Source: Octopus sinensis
Taxonomy: Eukaryota
Assembly: GCF_006345805.1 (NCBI RefSeq)
Contig: NC_043022.1
Span: 17,360,001 to 17,424,000, forward strand
Length of the DNA: 64,000 nucleotides
Direction: 5' to 3'
Positions 19,356 through 33,299 of the stretch are shown here, in pieces. Both the position numbers and the translations under genes were made by a program. The stretch's first letter is position 1. Each line of letters begins with the position of its first letter. The notes beneath the pieces were generated by a model that saw only the letters and a program-made list of their open reading frames with translations, had not been told where the DNA came from and ran no database searches.

Positions 19356-20479
19356 CATGTATATATATGTATATATATTAAACTTGCTATACTCTCAAGG
19401 CTGAATGTCCAAGATTTCTAGAAAATAAAAAAGGGAAACATTGCAACATTCCAAAATAATAGTTTGTTTTGCTTTTCTTGTCTATTTTCGGTTCCTGTTC
19501 CCCACCCCCAACAATACGCAAAAAGAAAGGTCCCCTATGTCTTTCTTTCAGTTTGCCTTGTTTTAAATTCAATTTTTTAGAAGTGATTGAAGGGATCCAA
19601 CATCAGCTTCCCACAACCCCCACCCCCTGCCCAACACCACTACTTTTAACCTGTGGACAGCATTCACTTTATTGATCTGTAGAAGGGAGGATTAAGGAGA
19701 AAAGAGACAAAGAGAGGGAAAGAAGAAAACACTGAAGAACAGATAAGGAAACAAAAGAACAGAAGAAAGGTGGGGCGGGGGAATGAAGGAATCCAAACTA
19801 GCAGACCACTCACACTCCTTAAAAACAGGAGTGTTCTGTATACACTTGTATCAGGTGTGTAAAGTCTGTAATGCTTTGTAGAAATACAACTACATCCAAC
19901 ACTCAATGTTTCCATACATTTCACCTGACATGGCACTAAAGTTTACAGGATATTTCACAGATATTCAAATACAGCTATTTGAATGTTCAGAAAAACAAGC
20001 TGAAAATCACTTACACAACTACAACTGAAAGAAAATATAAATTGCTTTTCACTTACTTTCTCACGCACAGGGTTGAATGACTAACCAACCTTTCTCTCTC
20101 TCTATCTCTCATCATATACCTCAGTCTCCCTCCAGACAGTGCTTGCAACTCCACACAGTAATGGCTATAAACACCACCAACTTAACAATACATTCTTTGC
20201 AATAAGATCATTTGGGAAGTTTTTCTTTTTTGAGGACTGGTTTCAACGGTTGGCTTTTACTGACTGGCTGTCTCTGGCTTGCTTTCTTATCCTTTTTATT
20301 GTCATCATCTTTTGTTTTTAGTTTTGCATTCTGTATACACATACATATTTTTAAGTGTTTGTGTACACACTAATGTCTGTGTCTGTATTTAAGCTGATGC
20401 GTGTGTATGTATCTGAAATTTATCTAAAGTTGTACAATATATGTGGATCACATGTTCGTGCCGAAAAACATCACACCAC

Positions 20480-20782
20480 TCACTTACTCTGTGCCTGAGT
20501 CACGGAATCAATCGATCCAACGTTGAACCTGTCCGAAGCAGCATGGACGGTGAATCCCAGAACACTGGTGTCCAATTTCTGCATGCGTTTCTTCTTTTTG
20601 CTACTCTTGCTACTAGTTTTGTTGCTGTTGTTGTTGTTGCTGCTGCTGCTGCCACTGCCAGACAAGTGTTCCTGTTGGTTGGTCAAGTTGATGGCATCGT
20701 TGTTGCTATGATTATTGTTACTGATGCTGTTGCTGCTATGAGACTCTGTGGCAGTGTTACGAACTGGACCCCAAATACTTTC
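20480..20782 (-). CDS. GIGYF2: GIGYF last coding exon (ESIWGP...KKKKRMQKLDTSVLGFTVHAASDRFNVGSIDSVTQAQSK*)
   Basis: Acceptor ATTATAG|GAA; TGA at 20482-20480; conserved C-terminal KKKKKM.K.DPS.LGF motif. Confidence 0.9.
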   Translation of the reverse strand, partial: ESIWGPVRNTATESHSSNSISNNNHSNNDAINLTNQQEHLSGSGSSSSNNNNSNKTSSKSSKKKKRMQKLDTSVLGFTVHAASDRFNVGSIDSVTQAQSK

Positions 20783-21510
20783 CTATAATTAGAATAATGT
20801 TAAATAAGAAACAACACAAGCATTCAGAAAGCTACAAAGAACACAATCATTAATTGGGCTTCTTTGAGGGGAACACAATACAAATTCTTCAAGGTGGTGC
20901 CCTAGCATGGCCACAGTCTAATGACTAAAAAACAAGAGTATATTTTCTTCCAGATTGGCAGGAAGAGATTATGTCAGATTTTCAGTTCATGCAAGCATGA
21001 CATAATGAACCTTAAAATTAAAGCTGAGAGCTAGATATCTCAATCCAATGCCCAATATATCCCTGTTATACCTCTAGTTATTTGATACCCTTTCATTATT
21101 TCTCTCTCTCTCTCTCTCCTCTCTACTCTACAATCATTGTTTCACTCATCAGACTCTTATTCACTCACCCCTGTCAGCACTTTCTCTCCTATTCATGATT
21201 TTGCTCATGTTGTCTTCAATAAATAAAAACACAATAGAGTGATGAGGACTTTAGCCCCATAAAGAACAAGGTAACATAAGTAGTGTTGGGGGCCACAATA
21301 AAATTTTACTCGGTACACTCTGCAAAGGGATTAGTGAACAAGCCATAATAATGTAGGCTAAAGATTCTTCCCCAATCATGTGTGTATGACTATTCATACA
21401 TAAATATTGCTGTCACCAAGAGAAAAGTAAGAGGCACACACACGACAACTCATCTTCATACACACCAGAGTAAATTTTCATTTTTTAAACCAAATATAAA
21501 TGCTACTTAC

Positions 21511-21657
21511 CTCTTCTTGTGGTGGTTGGGATTTTCGGTTTGATTGGTTTGTATGTTGAGCCCCTTTCTTCAGTGCATTTCGTTTCTCAAGAAAGAGACG
21601 AGTAAATTCAGCAGCAACTTTGTTTTCTCCCAAGTAACAGCGAACATATTCACGTAC
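21511..21657 (-). CDS. GIGYF2: GIGYF exon (VREYVRCYLGENKVAAEFTRLFLEKRNALKK...PPQEE)
   Basis: Acceptor CCTCTAG|GTA, donor GAG|GTAAGT; 147 nt, phase 0 to 0; matches vertebrate VHDYIRAYLGD..EAKEFAKQFLERR. Confidence 0.95.
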
Positions 21658-21997
21658 CTAGAGGTCAATGTCAAAAAACACATCTATAGTGTGGGTAGCA
21701 GGGAAGAAATGAAGGCAAGTAGAAAAAGATAGATTCATCTTATGAAATGGGTGTCTAAACAGACTCATAAATGCATATGAAAACTTTTAAGGTTGTTTCT
21801 CACTTGATACATAAACACACACACACAAGTATATACTTTTGTTTGTGCAAAGCAATCAATACACTGGTTTTGTATCTGTACAATTTATGCAGGAGATTGT
21901 AGTTGTGTATTGAGACATGTCAATATACAGCTGGGTATAAGCTTGTCCATAAAGATTAATCAATTGGTGTGTATGTGTGGGGGGGTGGGGGGTGGAC

Positions 21998-22204
21998 CAT
22001 GATTCTCAACCATTTTTTACCTATGGAACCCCTTTGATTTCTATTTTACTCAGATGGACCCTCCTAGCCATTCCACGTTTAACCAAATGCTATTATATTT
22101 ATAGAATTAAATATTATTAGGGACTGCATGAAAAAAAATTAAAATATTTGTGTATTCTTGTAAAGATCGCCAAGAGTTTATGTGGAGCCGAGTTGAGAAT
22201 CACC
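21998..22204. mobile_element. hAT-type MITE
   Basis: Imperfect TIRs (CA)TGATTCTCAAC ... GTTGAGAATCA(CC); ~207 bp, no ORF. Confidence 0.6.
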
Positions 22205-22297
22205 AGTGCAGGGCGTATGTTATGGAAGATGCTTAGTGGTGCAAAGATGGGCGAAAACATCAACAAATGAAAGTTGTTTTAAAAAAATCTATTTTAC

Positions 22298-22341
22298 CTC
22301 TTGTGAATCCACATCTTGTAGAAAGGCCACAAAGGTTGGGA
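22298..22341 (-). CDS. GIGYF2: GIGYF 44-nt exon (VPTFVAFLQDVDSQE)
   Basis: Acceptor ATTTCAG|TC, donor GAG|GTAAAA; phase 1 to 0; matches vertebrate DVPTFVSFLKEVES. Confidence 0.93.
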
Positions 22342-25300
22342 CTGAAATTGGATAATTGATAATTATTTCAAACAGGATAAATTAGACATAAACTTGTATA
22401 TGGATATATATATATATATATATATAATTTGAATATGGATATACAAAGTGTTTTCAACTGTGAGATTGATATTGTTGATACATCTAAGAGACTTTTCTAT
22501 TTGCCCTACTTGAGTAGATGACTAACATTAAAGAAAACAACTTCTCAAATGCTTCAGTGTAACCATCAAAACATTACAAATACTATTCCCACAATATATC
22601 AAGTGTTTTGTTATCCGTAGTGAGCCTATCCAAGGCTCACTATAAAAATAATGCCCAAAACTTTGTAACTTGAAACAAGTAATTTCCATATTAATAACAG
22701 ATGAAATTTTGTTGAAACAAATCTGTTTCTTCCACTGAGTAGGTTGAGAGACTACACTGAGGTCTCATTTTTTTCTTTTTTGCTGTTTTATAATATTCTT
22801 CATTTTAGAAATGGCAGGTGAGTTTGTTGGGATAGATTCAGCAGCTGAATTCTTAAAGATTTGATGGTGATATTCACAGTTCTATGCTCTAAACACTGAT
22901 TAGAACATAGAATCAAACAGTTTACAAAATAACATGAAAAGAAAAGCTGATAAGTGATAAATACAGTTGATTGTGGTGGAAGATAACCACAACTCACTGT
23001 TCATTGGCATCTTACACCAGTCCAATCTATCTCATTGTAAACATGCTGCATGTGGTTGATTACTGCTTATGGCTGTAAGCAATGGAGAGACATCAATAAA
23101 TGGTTCATAAACTTGAAGTCTATTTAACATTTACTGAGCTCAAAGTTGGAAGCTAAAAACAAGACATGGCTTTTACAGCTAGATGCCCTTCTAAATGCCA
23201 ACCACTTTACAGAGTGCACCGGGTACTTTTTACATAGCAGTGTAAATAGTTAATATAAAGTAGGAAACTCACTGTTGTAAGCAATATCAACAGAACAGGA
23301 CATTTCATTAGATTCAACAACTAGGGTAGGTGGAACTTAAGACATGGGTTCAAACAAGCTAATTTCTCACAGAGACAAGATATGAAGTTTTCAGAAGTAC
23401 TTGCAAAAGTAGAACAGCATAACACAGCAGTTCTGACAATGTCCAGACATACCATCACATATTAAATTATACTTACTTCACACATATTTATTCTTCAGTC
23501 TGATAAGAACTAGAAGTAAGGCAAAAGCTTATCATTTCTCATCTCAGTTATTCTATTGTAAACCAAACAGTCTGATGAATGATGCCTTTTCTCACATTTA
23601 TGTATCTCGATTCAAATACTTGTGCATTCCCATTTTTTTCTTTTCAATTGACTCATGGTTTTACTATTCTTTCCTTGATCCCTTATTTTTCCAATTTATC
23701 CCCCCCCCCCACTTTTTTAAAAATCCTTATATCATTTCAGAACTGTGGCTCCTAGTTGTTGCAAGGGCAACTAGCCTAGAAGCTCTGGTCATCCAAACTA
23801 CAAACACTTAATAAAAGCACAAATTCAGAGACAAAATTAAAATAATCTCCCCCACCCCCTCTCTCTCTCTCTCTCTCTCTCACAAAGGTATGACAATAAT
23901 ACTCTTTGGTATTCACTTCCTAAGTGGTAGACCTAACAGACTTGTCTGGTTTAATACTACCATGTGATCTTCAGATGCACTGAGCAAGATTCATTCAGAT
24001 GCAACCCCTCAAACATTTTCAATGGGGTTTTCCTCTGCATAATATCACTATTTGCTAAAAGATACAGGTGAAAAAATTCCCTATGGGGCCTGCTGCCAGA
24101 CAGGACAAAAACTTTATCCCTGCCAGTGGGTAATACCTTGGAAAGCTGCCCATCAGCTTCTGTTATGCTGTATCTTCCTTTTCTAATTTTCAGCATACTC
24201 TAGCAAGTACAGAAATATTGCAGAAATTAATGCAACAGTTCACAGAAACTTCTGTATTAGGGTCAGTTCTTCCTTATACTTTATAAAAAAATACATGAAA
24301 ATAACATAAAGGAGAATATAAACAAACTTCTGGACAATTTTCCTTGCTTTATGCCAACATCCAAACCCCATTAAACTACCTTCTACTCACATTCAAATAC
24401 TAAATTATTTTAAAGTATCACCTAATCTATCTACTCTGCTTACTACTTAGCTATGTCAGTAACACAAATTCCAATTATACGAATGAAATGTCTCTCTTCA
24501 CTATTCCTCTTCAGTTATCTTTACCAATCCTCAAACTTCTTCAAACATCACCAGCTGTTTAACTACCACTCATCTCCTATTAAATACATTCATGTCACTT
24601 CTCCTCTCTTGGAAGACATCATCATCATCAATAAAGCAGAAACTTTTTCATTTAAACAACTAGCCCAAGGCTTGCACACTTTTCTCCCAAAAATGACAGA
24701 AATGAAATTATTTACTACTCCTAACAATTAGCACCCACTGACGCCCATATTCTACGGCACACATTGATACATCAATTACTCTTGATGTCTTCCTCACATC
24801 CAATCCCATTCTTATTCAGCCTTTATCATTTGTGCCCCCAGTAGATCATCTAATTACTAATTAGTTAAGGCAAAACACATCAGCTCATATCCTTAGGTAC
24901 TTCAAATCAGCTAATTAATTCTATGCCAACTTGCTCAGGCAGCAAATGTGTTTCAGCTCCATAAGACTACCACCAGAGACAGAAAGAATATACTTAACAC
25001 AGCATCCATCCTGCAAACTTGCCTCATAAATATGCATCAGAATTCTCTGTTTCTTCCTATTCTTTACAGAAAAGTCCAATCTACCACTTCACAACCAAAA
25101 TGTTTTTGTTGGTAGCACTTATCACCATCATCTTAACATCCATTTTTCCATGCTTGCATGGGTTGAACAAAATTTGTTGAGGTGGATTTTCTATGGCTGG
25201 ATGCCCTCCCTGTTGCCAGCACTCACCTGTTTCCAAGTAAGGTAACATTTCCCCCCAAGGCCAGACATGTTTTTTCACGTAAGACTGGAAAGGAAGGACA

Positions 25301-25899
25301 CTGCTTGTATGACAGTGACATTTACTTAATGTCTTAGTGTCGTAAAAAAATCACACAATGTCAAGGCTAGGAGGCAGTAACACACACACACACACACACA
25401 ACAGGCTTCTTTCACTTTCTTTTCTGAAGATGTGTGGCTTAGTGGTTAGGGTATTCAGCTCCCAATTGTAAGGTCATGAGTTCAATTTCAGATAGCACAC
25501 AATGGGCTGACAGGAATTGTGTCCTTGAGCAAAACGCTTTACTTCACGTTGCTTCAGCTCCCATCAGCTGGCAAAAATAAGTAGTACCTGTAATTCAAAG
25601 GGTCAGCCAAGTCATATTCTGCTGAATCTCCCTGAGAACTATGTGAAGGATGCACATGCCTGTGAAGTGTTCAAGCAAGCTGTTCCATTGATCGGAGCAA
25701 CTGGAACCATTGTTGTCATAACCAACTGAGTACTAGTTCATTTTTTGTCTACCAAATCCACACATAAGGCTTTGGTCAGCATGGAGATATAGTAGAAAGA
25801 CACTTGCCCAGGGTGCCATGCAGTAGGACTGAACCCAAAACCATATGGTTGGGAAGCAAACTTCTTACCACACAGACATGCCAGCACCTATCACTCTCA

Positions 25900-26260
25900 C
25901 TGAAAAAGCTGTTACATTTACTATCAGCTTCCCCTAACTCCAAATTTATAATTGCATGCCCTAAACAATATCCTGTCCAAAATTTTATTACCATGTTCAC
26001 AGTTTCTATCTGCAAAAACCCTTCTGATTTTGCTCCTCAAACAGTATACTTAAGATCCAGCTTCCATTCTTAACAATCTCTTCAATCTTTCTTCATTTCT
26101 CTTTCAACAGGAATTTATCCCAATTTTTGGAAACATGCTGTATGGGTAACCTCTTTGACCCTGCTAACTACCAACTTATTGCTCTCACTACCAACATCTC
26201 AAAAGTGAAAAAGCAGTTGTTCACCCCCATCATCTTGATGCTCCACTGTCAGTGACAGCC
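25900..26260 (+). mobile_element. Decayed CR1/Jockey-like LINE RT N-terminal fragment
   Basis: Broken translation resembling LFNLS..TGIYP.FWKHA...DPANY..IALT..ISK. Confidence 0.55.
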
Positions 26261-26899
26261 ACTATAATTTTTTACAGAGCCAGATCTATTGGAGACTTAC
26301 TTTCATGGTAATCACAATAGGCCTCCCACCCTTGAAAACATCTACTGTCATAAAAAAGGACACATTGGATAATATAATCCAATTTATATTATTCCTGAAA
26401 AGAAGACAAAAACGGTGATGATCTGAAGGACTTTGATCATAGATTAGCTCAATCAGACTTGAAGTGGAATGGGAAAAAAAGGCCGTTTGTACCACATCAT
26501 CTCTAGTCATGAAAAAAACACAAAATAAAATGTCTCAAAATCTGATTTCTCCAAGTAATTCCATAAATACATCGACAAAAATGCAGCACAAAGACTAATT
26601 AAGAATTTACTTTAAGGCCAAAAATTATTTCAGTTCCAATTAGTTACGCCAAAGCTTAAGCATGGCTCATACTGGAGTACTGTTCAAACATGTGCAAGAG
26701 ACAGTGTTGCTGTTGAACATGCACACACACACACTGTTTTCACTTAGCAAGGTTCAATCACCAACACTCTTATATAGCACAAATTCACAAATGTTGGATT
26801 CCCTCTCTCACTCTTCTGACAAAGATATACACAAGTTGAATGAGGAATATAAAAGATATGCAAGTATTTATGGTATACAAATAATAATAGAATATGATG

Positions 26900-29800
26900 G
26901 TGCAGTGTAAAACAGGTGGACCCCTCTCTAGGGCCAATCAAGCCCCACACCACCATCAGATCCAAGAGCATCCGAAAACCAAAGGCAAGCACCTTCTCTG
27001 AATTTTTGCAACTCACCCACCTTTAATAAGTTCCCTTGAGGAGAGCACCTCCATTTTCACCCTCACCTTCCTTTTCAAGTGAAACTTGAAGTCACTTAGA
27101 GCCCTACTAAAGAGCAAAGTTTTTGTCCTCAAGTCTTTCAACCTCATCCACCATACAACTTTTGTTAGAGAATGAGAGGAAAACTCATTTTCCTGCCTGA
27201 TTAAACAAAAATGATGGGACAGTCCTGATGACCAACTTGGTGGACTGTTCAACTGCAACTCCACAATTTAACAATGTCCAGACACTGAATGAATGCAGAA
27301 GGGTGTTCATTGGTTGTGCACAGGTTGGATAGAAGCCTGTCTGAAAAGCCCTTCCATTCCTGTACAGCTTATCCCAAACCAGTAGCATCCAATGGTAGCA
27401 CTGCCAAGCCAAAGACTGCTGGAAATTAATCCACAGTAATCCTCAAGAAGAGACTAGCCACCGATGCTCAAAGCTTCCCCAAAAACATTGTCACTCTTCC
27501 TTGCCACTAACCCTCTACAGACTGCTAGAGCAGAGAGAGCACCAGATGACATTCTAGATACCAGGCACTCAGTCTCAGCTTAAGCTTCACACAGGACAGC
27601 AGTTCTATCAAGGAATCTCTGCTAGTAGTACAGCCTGAGCATAGAATCGCACATCAACAACCAAAGAAAGACTGACCCATCATGCAAAGGATGTTGGCAG
27701 CAGAGAGATTACCTGACCTGTAGAACACATCTCTTCCACAAGAAATAGAAATGCAGGTGCACTCATATAATCAGAGGATAACTGGAGTAATGTACAAAGG
27801 TCAGGCAATGGAAATGATTTGTGCATTTGCTATCTCTGCCTGGGCTTTCATGACTGGCTCCTTCTTGATCTATTTCTGGATAAGCCTGGCCAGGTTGCTT
27901 GTTACTTCATTCCAATTCAGGTCTACCCGACAGCTGGGACCAAACCAGACCCCAAGCAGTTTAATTTGTCTGTCCATCCAGAGTGTCACAATGCGGCCTG
28001 CTGGCATCAACCTGCCTCTTCAGGTGACAAGCTGCAAACTTATTGACATGTCTACATTAATTATAATCTTAGCTACTGTCTTGTATTTCTTTACAATGGT
28101 GCCAAGTGCCTTGTCTTCAGTGGCACCCAACACAGTGATGGTGAAGTCATCCACATACACCAACATAGTCTTCCTGGGTCCTAGTTCAAAAAGGATACCC
28201 TCCATTTCATATTCCACAGCAGTGGATTGATAGCCAGCATGAACAGAAGAGGGGGCAATCATGTCAAATCCATTGTGCAATGCTGTTTACTTTGAGCATC
28301 AAGCAGGTGTTGCAGTGCACTGCAGCAATTCAGCCTCTAAAACTGGGTCCAGATCCCAACCACTTTCAAGATGCTTTCCAAGAAATGAATGTTGACTATC
28401 AAAAGCTTTCAACTGATCGAAATTGATCTCGAGCCCACTGAAGCCAGTTTTATTCCCAACACTCTCTTAAGATGAACTGCATGATGTGGAATTCATTAAT
28501 GGATCTAGTATGTTTGCACTTCCATGACCAGATCACCAATGACAAGCAACAACCTTTTCACTGACACTTTTGCCAAAATCTCAAACTTTATGTTCAGAAA
28601 AGTTAAGAGCCAAAAGTTGACCCATGATGTTGACCTTGTCAGGGTCCTTTTTCAATAGCTTTGCTCCTCTCTGATTCACAGCGCTAAGGATTGTCACATT
28701 CAACTGTGTCAATCATGAGGCCATCAAACAAGTCTGGTATGAATTCATAAAACTTCAAGAACAGATCATCTAAACTGGACAGTTTGCATCATGAGCAGTC
28801 ATTCATCACCTTCCATATTTCAACTGCAGGCTCTTGAGATCAGCACTAATCACCACGGGACAGTGTTTTTTCTCTACTGTTTTAGAACATGGGCCCCTAC
28901 TTTTAACAAGGCAGCTTTCATATTCCACATTGAAGACATGGCCAAGGGTCATACTGACCATGAGCACATCAGTTGGAATGCCTTTACTAACTGCTTCCTC
29001 CAGATTGTTAACTAACTCCCATTCTACTCTATTCTTATCTCTTGCTAGCTCACAGCTAAATGCTATCAATTCTGATCTCACTGCTGTCTTCATTATGCCC
29101 CACCACCAGCTGTTGATGATTGTCCCTGACTAGTACCACTTAACTAATTCTCTAATCCAATGAGAATGCCTTGTATTCATCGGAAATAGAACCGAGTGTG
29201 TGTGCTCCAGAGATGCTGGTCTTGCGAATGGCTACTATATGTCTAATGACCTGAGGTCTTTGAACAAGTGACCATGCTTCCAAATCAGTCCCTAGGCCAT
29301 GTACATTTACACAGCCTACTCTAAGAGTAAGCATGTCTGTCAGGGAAAAAAGGTGGAGATATCACTCACCTTGGTCTTGAAGAAGGGCCAAAGATCCCGT
29401 TCTCTTACTGGTTGAAGAAATAGTGAAAAGCTTTTCCAAGGTTATTTTGTCCTTTTTTTATTTCTTAAAAGCCCAATGTCTGTGGGATATTTTTTTTTAA
29501 GATCTACACTGGTGGTTGCATCAATTTGAATTGTCTGATTTTGTGAGTTTTCAACACAAGTTCATTAAACCCCCTCCTCTTTAGTGAGAATAGCTTTGCT
29601 TTCTGTGACCTCCTGCATCAAACCACTGCTTATCTTTCAAATAATTGGGGAGTTGATGAGGGGTTCAACTTGGTGAAATTCACTATTTGTTTATTGGTTT
29701 TTGTTGTAATTCATCCTTCTTTTTGTCTGTTTTTGTTCCTCCATGCTTTCTGTTCTAATTTTGGATGTTTGAGTGTTGGTTATGTTGTTGCTGCTGGGGT

Positions 29801-31200
29801 TTTACTGTTGACATTGATGGATGGTTTGGAGACCAGTTTTTGTTATTCGTCTTTTTTGCCTTTTGGTTTATAACTTAGTGCAGCCTTTCTCTCAGATACT
29901 TTTCCTCTTCGTCCCAACACATCCTTTATGATGCTTAATTGTTTCATCCCTGTCAAAGCAATGAAGCATCTGAAACCACCAAGACTATAACAAGAGGAAG
30001 AGTTCAATGGATAAGCGTATGCCTAAGCATCACTGTTTCTCATACTGGTAAATATGTGAATGAGTGAGAGTCTCCTCAGCACGTAATGGTGGTAGTGGTG
30101 ACATTGCTGTTGCAGTGGTTGTTGTTAGAATTGATCTTTGTTGCTGCTCTTACTGTTGTTGTAGTTGTTGCTGTAGCCGTAGTGTAGGTGTCAACATGAG
30201 CCTCTTCCTGAACCCTTTTGCTGTTGGGAGCAGAGGGGCTTCAAGTAGGTGTTGTTCCTGCATTTGTGAATTGAAGGTCTTCTGCCTTCCATCATAACCT
30301 GCAGTTATGCCCTATTCAACAATTCAATAAGGTCAGAATTTTTCCTGAGTTTCTGCTTGATCAAAGGAAACCTGAATCAAGATTTCCAACCTGAGCAGGG
30401 GGTCTGAACTTTCTATTATCACCCACCAGATGTCTCATTCTAATGGTACTTCTGATATTTTACCTTTTTACCACACACCAGCCATGTTACATGTGAATGG
30501 AGCAATAGAGCCTGCAGTTGAAATAGATTCTCAGATTTACAAAAGACAACTGAGTATTCCTGAGCCAGAGTTTCTGTGAGGCACCTCACTTCCACAAAGC
30601 CAGACTGCCTTGTTCCAAGTTATGAAGTGTGTGTCACTGTATATGCCTTCAAATATTTTCCCACTTGGATGAGTGAGGCATTAAAAACCCATCAGTTTCC
30701 TGTGATTGTCTCCCATGGAAACTTGCTCACTGAACAATACTTTTAGAGCTGTTCTGCTGGAAAGATGCTGCTGCTGCTTCCAGAAGCCACACTGACAGAA
30801 GTATAATATGACAGAAGTATAATATAACAGAAGTATGAGACAAGGCCGTGCTTGTTGTCATTGTTGATGTAGCTTGTCAACAAGCTTAGAAATTACTATG
30901 GTTACACTTGCTGCTGCTGTTATTAACCACTTTCTTTCTTTCTTTTTTTCTGTTTCTCCAGTTCAGTGCTATTGTTTTTGACCTTGTTACTATTTTCAGA
31001 TTGTATATTTTGTGTTTTTATTGACATGACAACATTCCTGTCATTTTCAAGTGTAGCAACTTGGATGCTAGCCAAACATTCTACAGAGAATCCCACTTTC
31101 TCTGCTACACTTGGTTCACTCCTCTTTTTTCTTGCATTGTTTTGTTGAATAATATTATTGGTTTATTTTACTCCATCTTGTTTTCATCAAAGAAAATTTA
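26900..31200 (-). mobile_element. Decayed near-full-length L1/Tx1-type LINE (ORF1 plus APE-RT ORF2)
   Basis: ORF2 start MLTLRVGCVNVHGL at 29334 just after a TGA at 29342-29340; endonuclease-linker CELARDKNRVEWELV; RT MLVYVDDFTI; C-terminal VVWWMRLK..FKFHLKRKVRV; many stops. Boundaries approximate. Confidence 0.75.
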
Positions 31201-31982
31201 TATTTGGTAATTAAGGACAAATGAACACATTCAAGACCCTCTTTGGAGTGTTGTTGTATAAAAATACATTCTGCTTCCAAAAGGTCAAGAAAAATTAAGC
31301 AAAAAGCATCTCAAAAAAGTAGTGAAATAGCAAAAACTCAGACAAAACCTTTTGGAGCTGAAAATCAGCATATCTTCTGATCCACTATTAATAATAATTC
31401 TTGCAAACTTTTGCACAAGATCAGTAATATATAAGGAGAGGAAGGAGTATCAGTTACATCAGTACATGACTGGTACATCACTTTATCAGCCCCAAATGGA
31501 TGAAAGACAAAGCTGACTTCAGTGGAATTTGAACTCAGAATGTTAAGAGCTGGAAGGAATGTCACAAATAGTTCTGCCAGCTTGCTACCTTTATAATATT
31601 TCTTTCTGCATATAGGCACAGGGCCTACAATTTTGAAGGAAAGGGGCTATTTGATTATATCCACAACCTCCCCACCCCTGCTCAACTAGTACTTATTTTA
31701 TTGATCCCTGAAAGAATGAAAGGCAAAGTTGACTTTGTGGGGGATTTGAATTAAGGACATAAAGAGCCAGAAGAAGACCCCTAAGCATGTTGTCCAATCC
31801 ATTAACAATTCTGCCAGCTTATCATCATCATCATCATCATCATCATAATAATAACAACAACAATCTGGTTAGTGGTATCCAAAGAAGCTGCACGTCTTCA
31901 TTTGTTTAGGGAAAAACAAAAATGTTGCACAAGTCATCCAAACTATAACAAGTGACACAAAAAAGAAAAAGAAAATACCTAC

Positions 31983-32079
31983 CATCAATAGATAATGACA
32001 CATTCTTAAGCATAGTTTCAGACCAGTGAAGGATGTCATCATTTGAATTAGAAGATTGGAATAATTTCACTACACCATC
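31983..32079 (-). CDS. GIGYF2: GIGYF exon (DGVVKLFQSSNSNDDILHWSETMLKNVSLSID)
   Basis: Acceptor TTTTACCAG|GAT, donor G|GTAGGT; 97 nt, phase 0 to 1; matches the conserved KLLKLFQ...FTQWC segment. Confidence 0.92.
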
Positions 32080-33299
32080 CTGGTAAAAAGAATACAAAAC
32101 ACTTAAACATTTAGAATATTCATCTTTTGGCTGCTTTGCAAAAAAATAGCCTTCCACATTTCCAATCCGTAAATTCATACAATGACTCTAAGATTTTACT
32201 TGTTTTGTTTTCTTTAACATGGGCATGCACTTTATAGTTACCCATGTCCATGTGTTAATGAAACACCCAGCACTAAATAACATCTCATATGAGGCTCAGA
32301 GACATCCCTGCTGAGTCCCTTTAAGTAACACAATGCACATTCCATCGTCTTCATCTCAATTTTCATAACAACCATTTCCATCTTTTATTATATATCTGCT
32401 GCATTTAATATAAAATTGATCTTCTAATTTAACTATCAACATCCTGTACAAGAATCTCTCCCTCATAGCACAGGTACCTGTCAGTCCAATACCATTTGAG
32501 CCCACCCAATCAAACCACCAATATTTCCTATTTATTTTAAGGAATGTTATGAACTCTCTAATTTCAGGGAGAAACCTTCAATCCTTCAACATTAAACCAG
32601 ATATATTTGGCTTAAATATTTTACCTGTTTTTAGTTTAAAACTGACCAGATCAGATCTCTCACACCTATCCTACAATGCCATTAAAATATGTAATCATAT
32701 CGTTGAAATCTCAAAGCTATGAGATAATGCATGATTAATTCAAAACTATGTAAATAAACAAACATTACATTTGACAGAGCAATCTTAATGCTAAACGGTT
32801 AGTTCTTTCCTCTGTCATTGATTTACATTCTGTGACATTTGTTATAAAAATTGACTTGCATGTTGCTAAATTTTAGCAATTTATTTTTAGAATTCAATTT
32901 TTTTTTTCTTTTTCAAAACATTCATGCATACTTTATGTTGTTGTTTCTGAAGGAAGTAACTCAGCCTGCCAGTAAAACAAATAAAAACTCTGCAAAAAGA
33001 TTTGGGAAAAACCTCATTTTTTTATTTAGTCACATTTGTATTTTTGTGTCAGTTACTAATTTAATCTATTCATAGCATCTTTGTTTTTCATCATCTTTTT
33101 GATTGGGATCCAGGATTGATATCAGGGAAGGCGTTAGTGCTTCTACTCACATCCTAGATTCTTCAGCCAAAAGAAGACCATTATAATGATCAACAGACTC
33201 ATTCAACGTCACACCACAACTTCTAACCAATTAATTCCCCTCTTTCCCTATTCAACAGCTCCTACAACCTCCACTTCTCTGAACCAGTTACTTGTATAC

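Noticed and set aside
23957-24196. 79-aa minus-strand ORF in the intron
   Set aside because: No recognisable homology or convincing splice sites; not needed to complete the GIGYF frame
30795-30840. Three ~16-bp tandem units GACAGAAGTATAATAT
   Set aside because: Small local slippage duplication inside the decayed LINE; no spacers, not CRISPR-like
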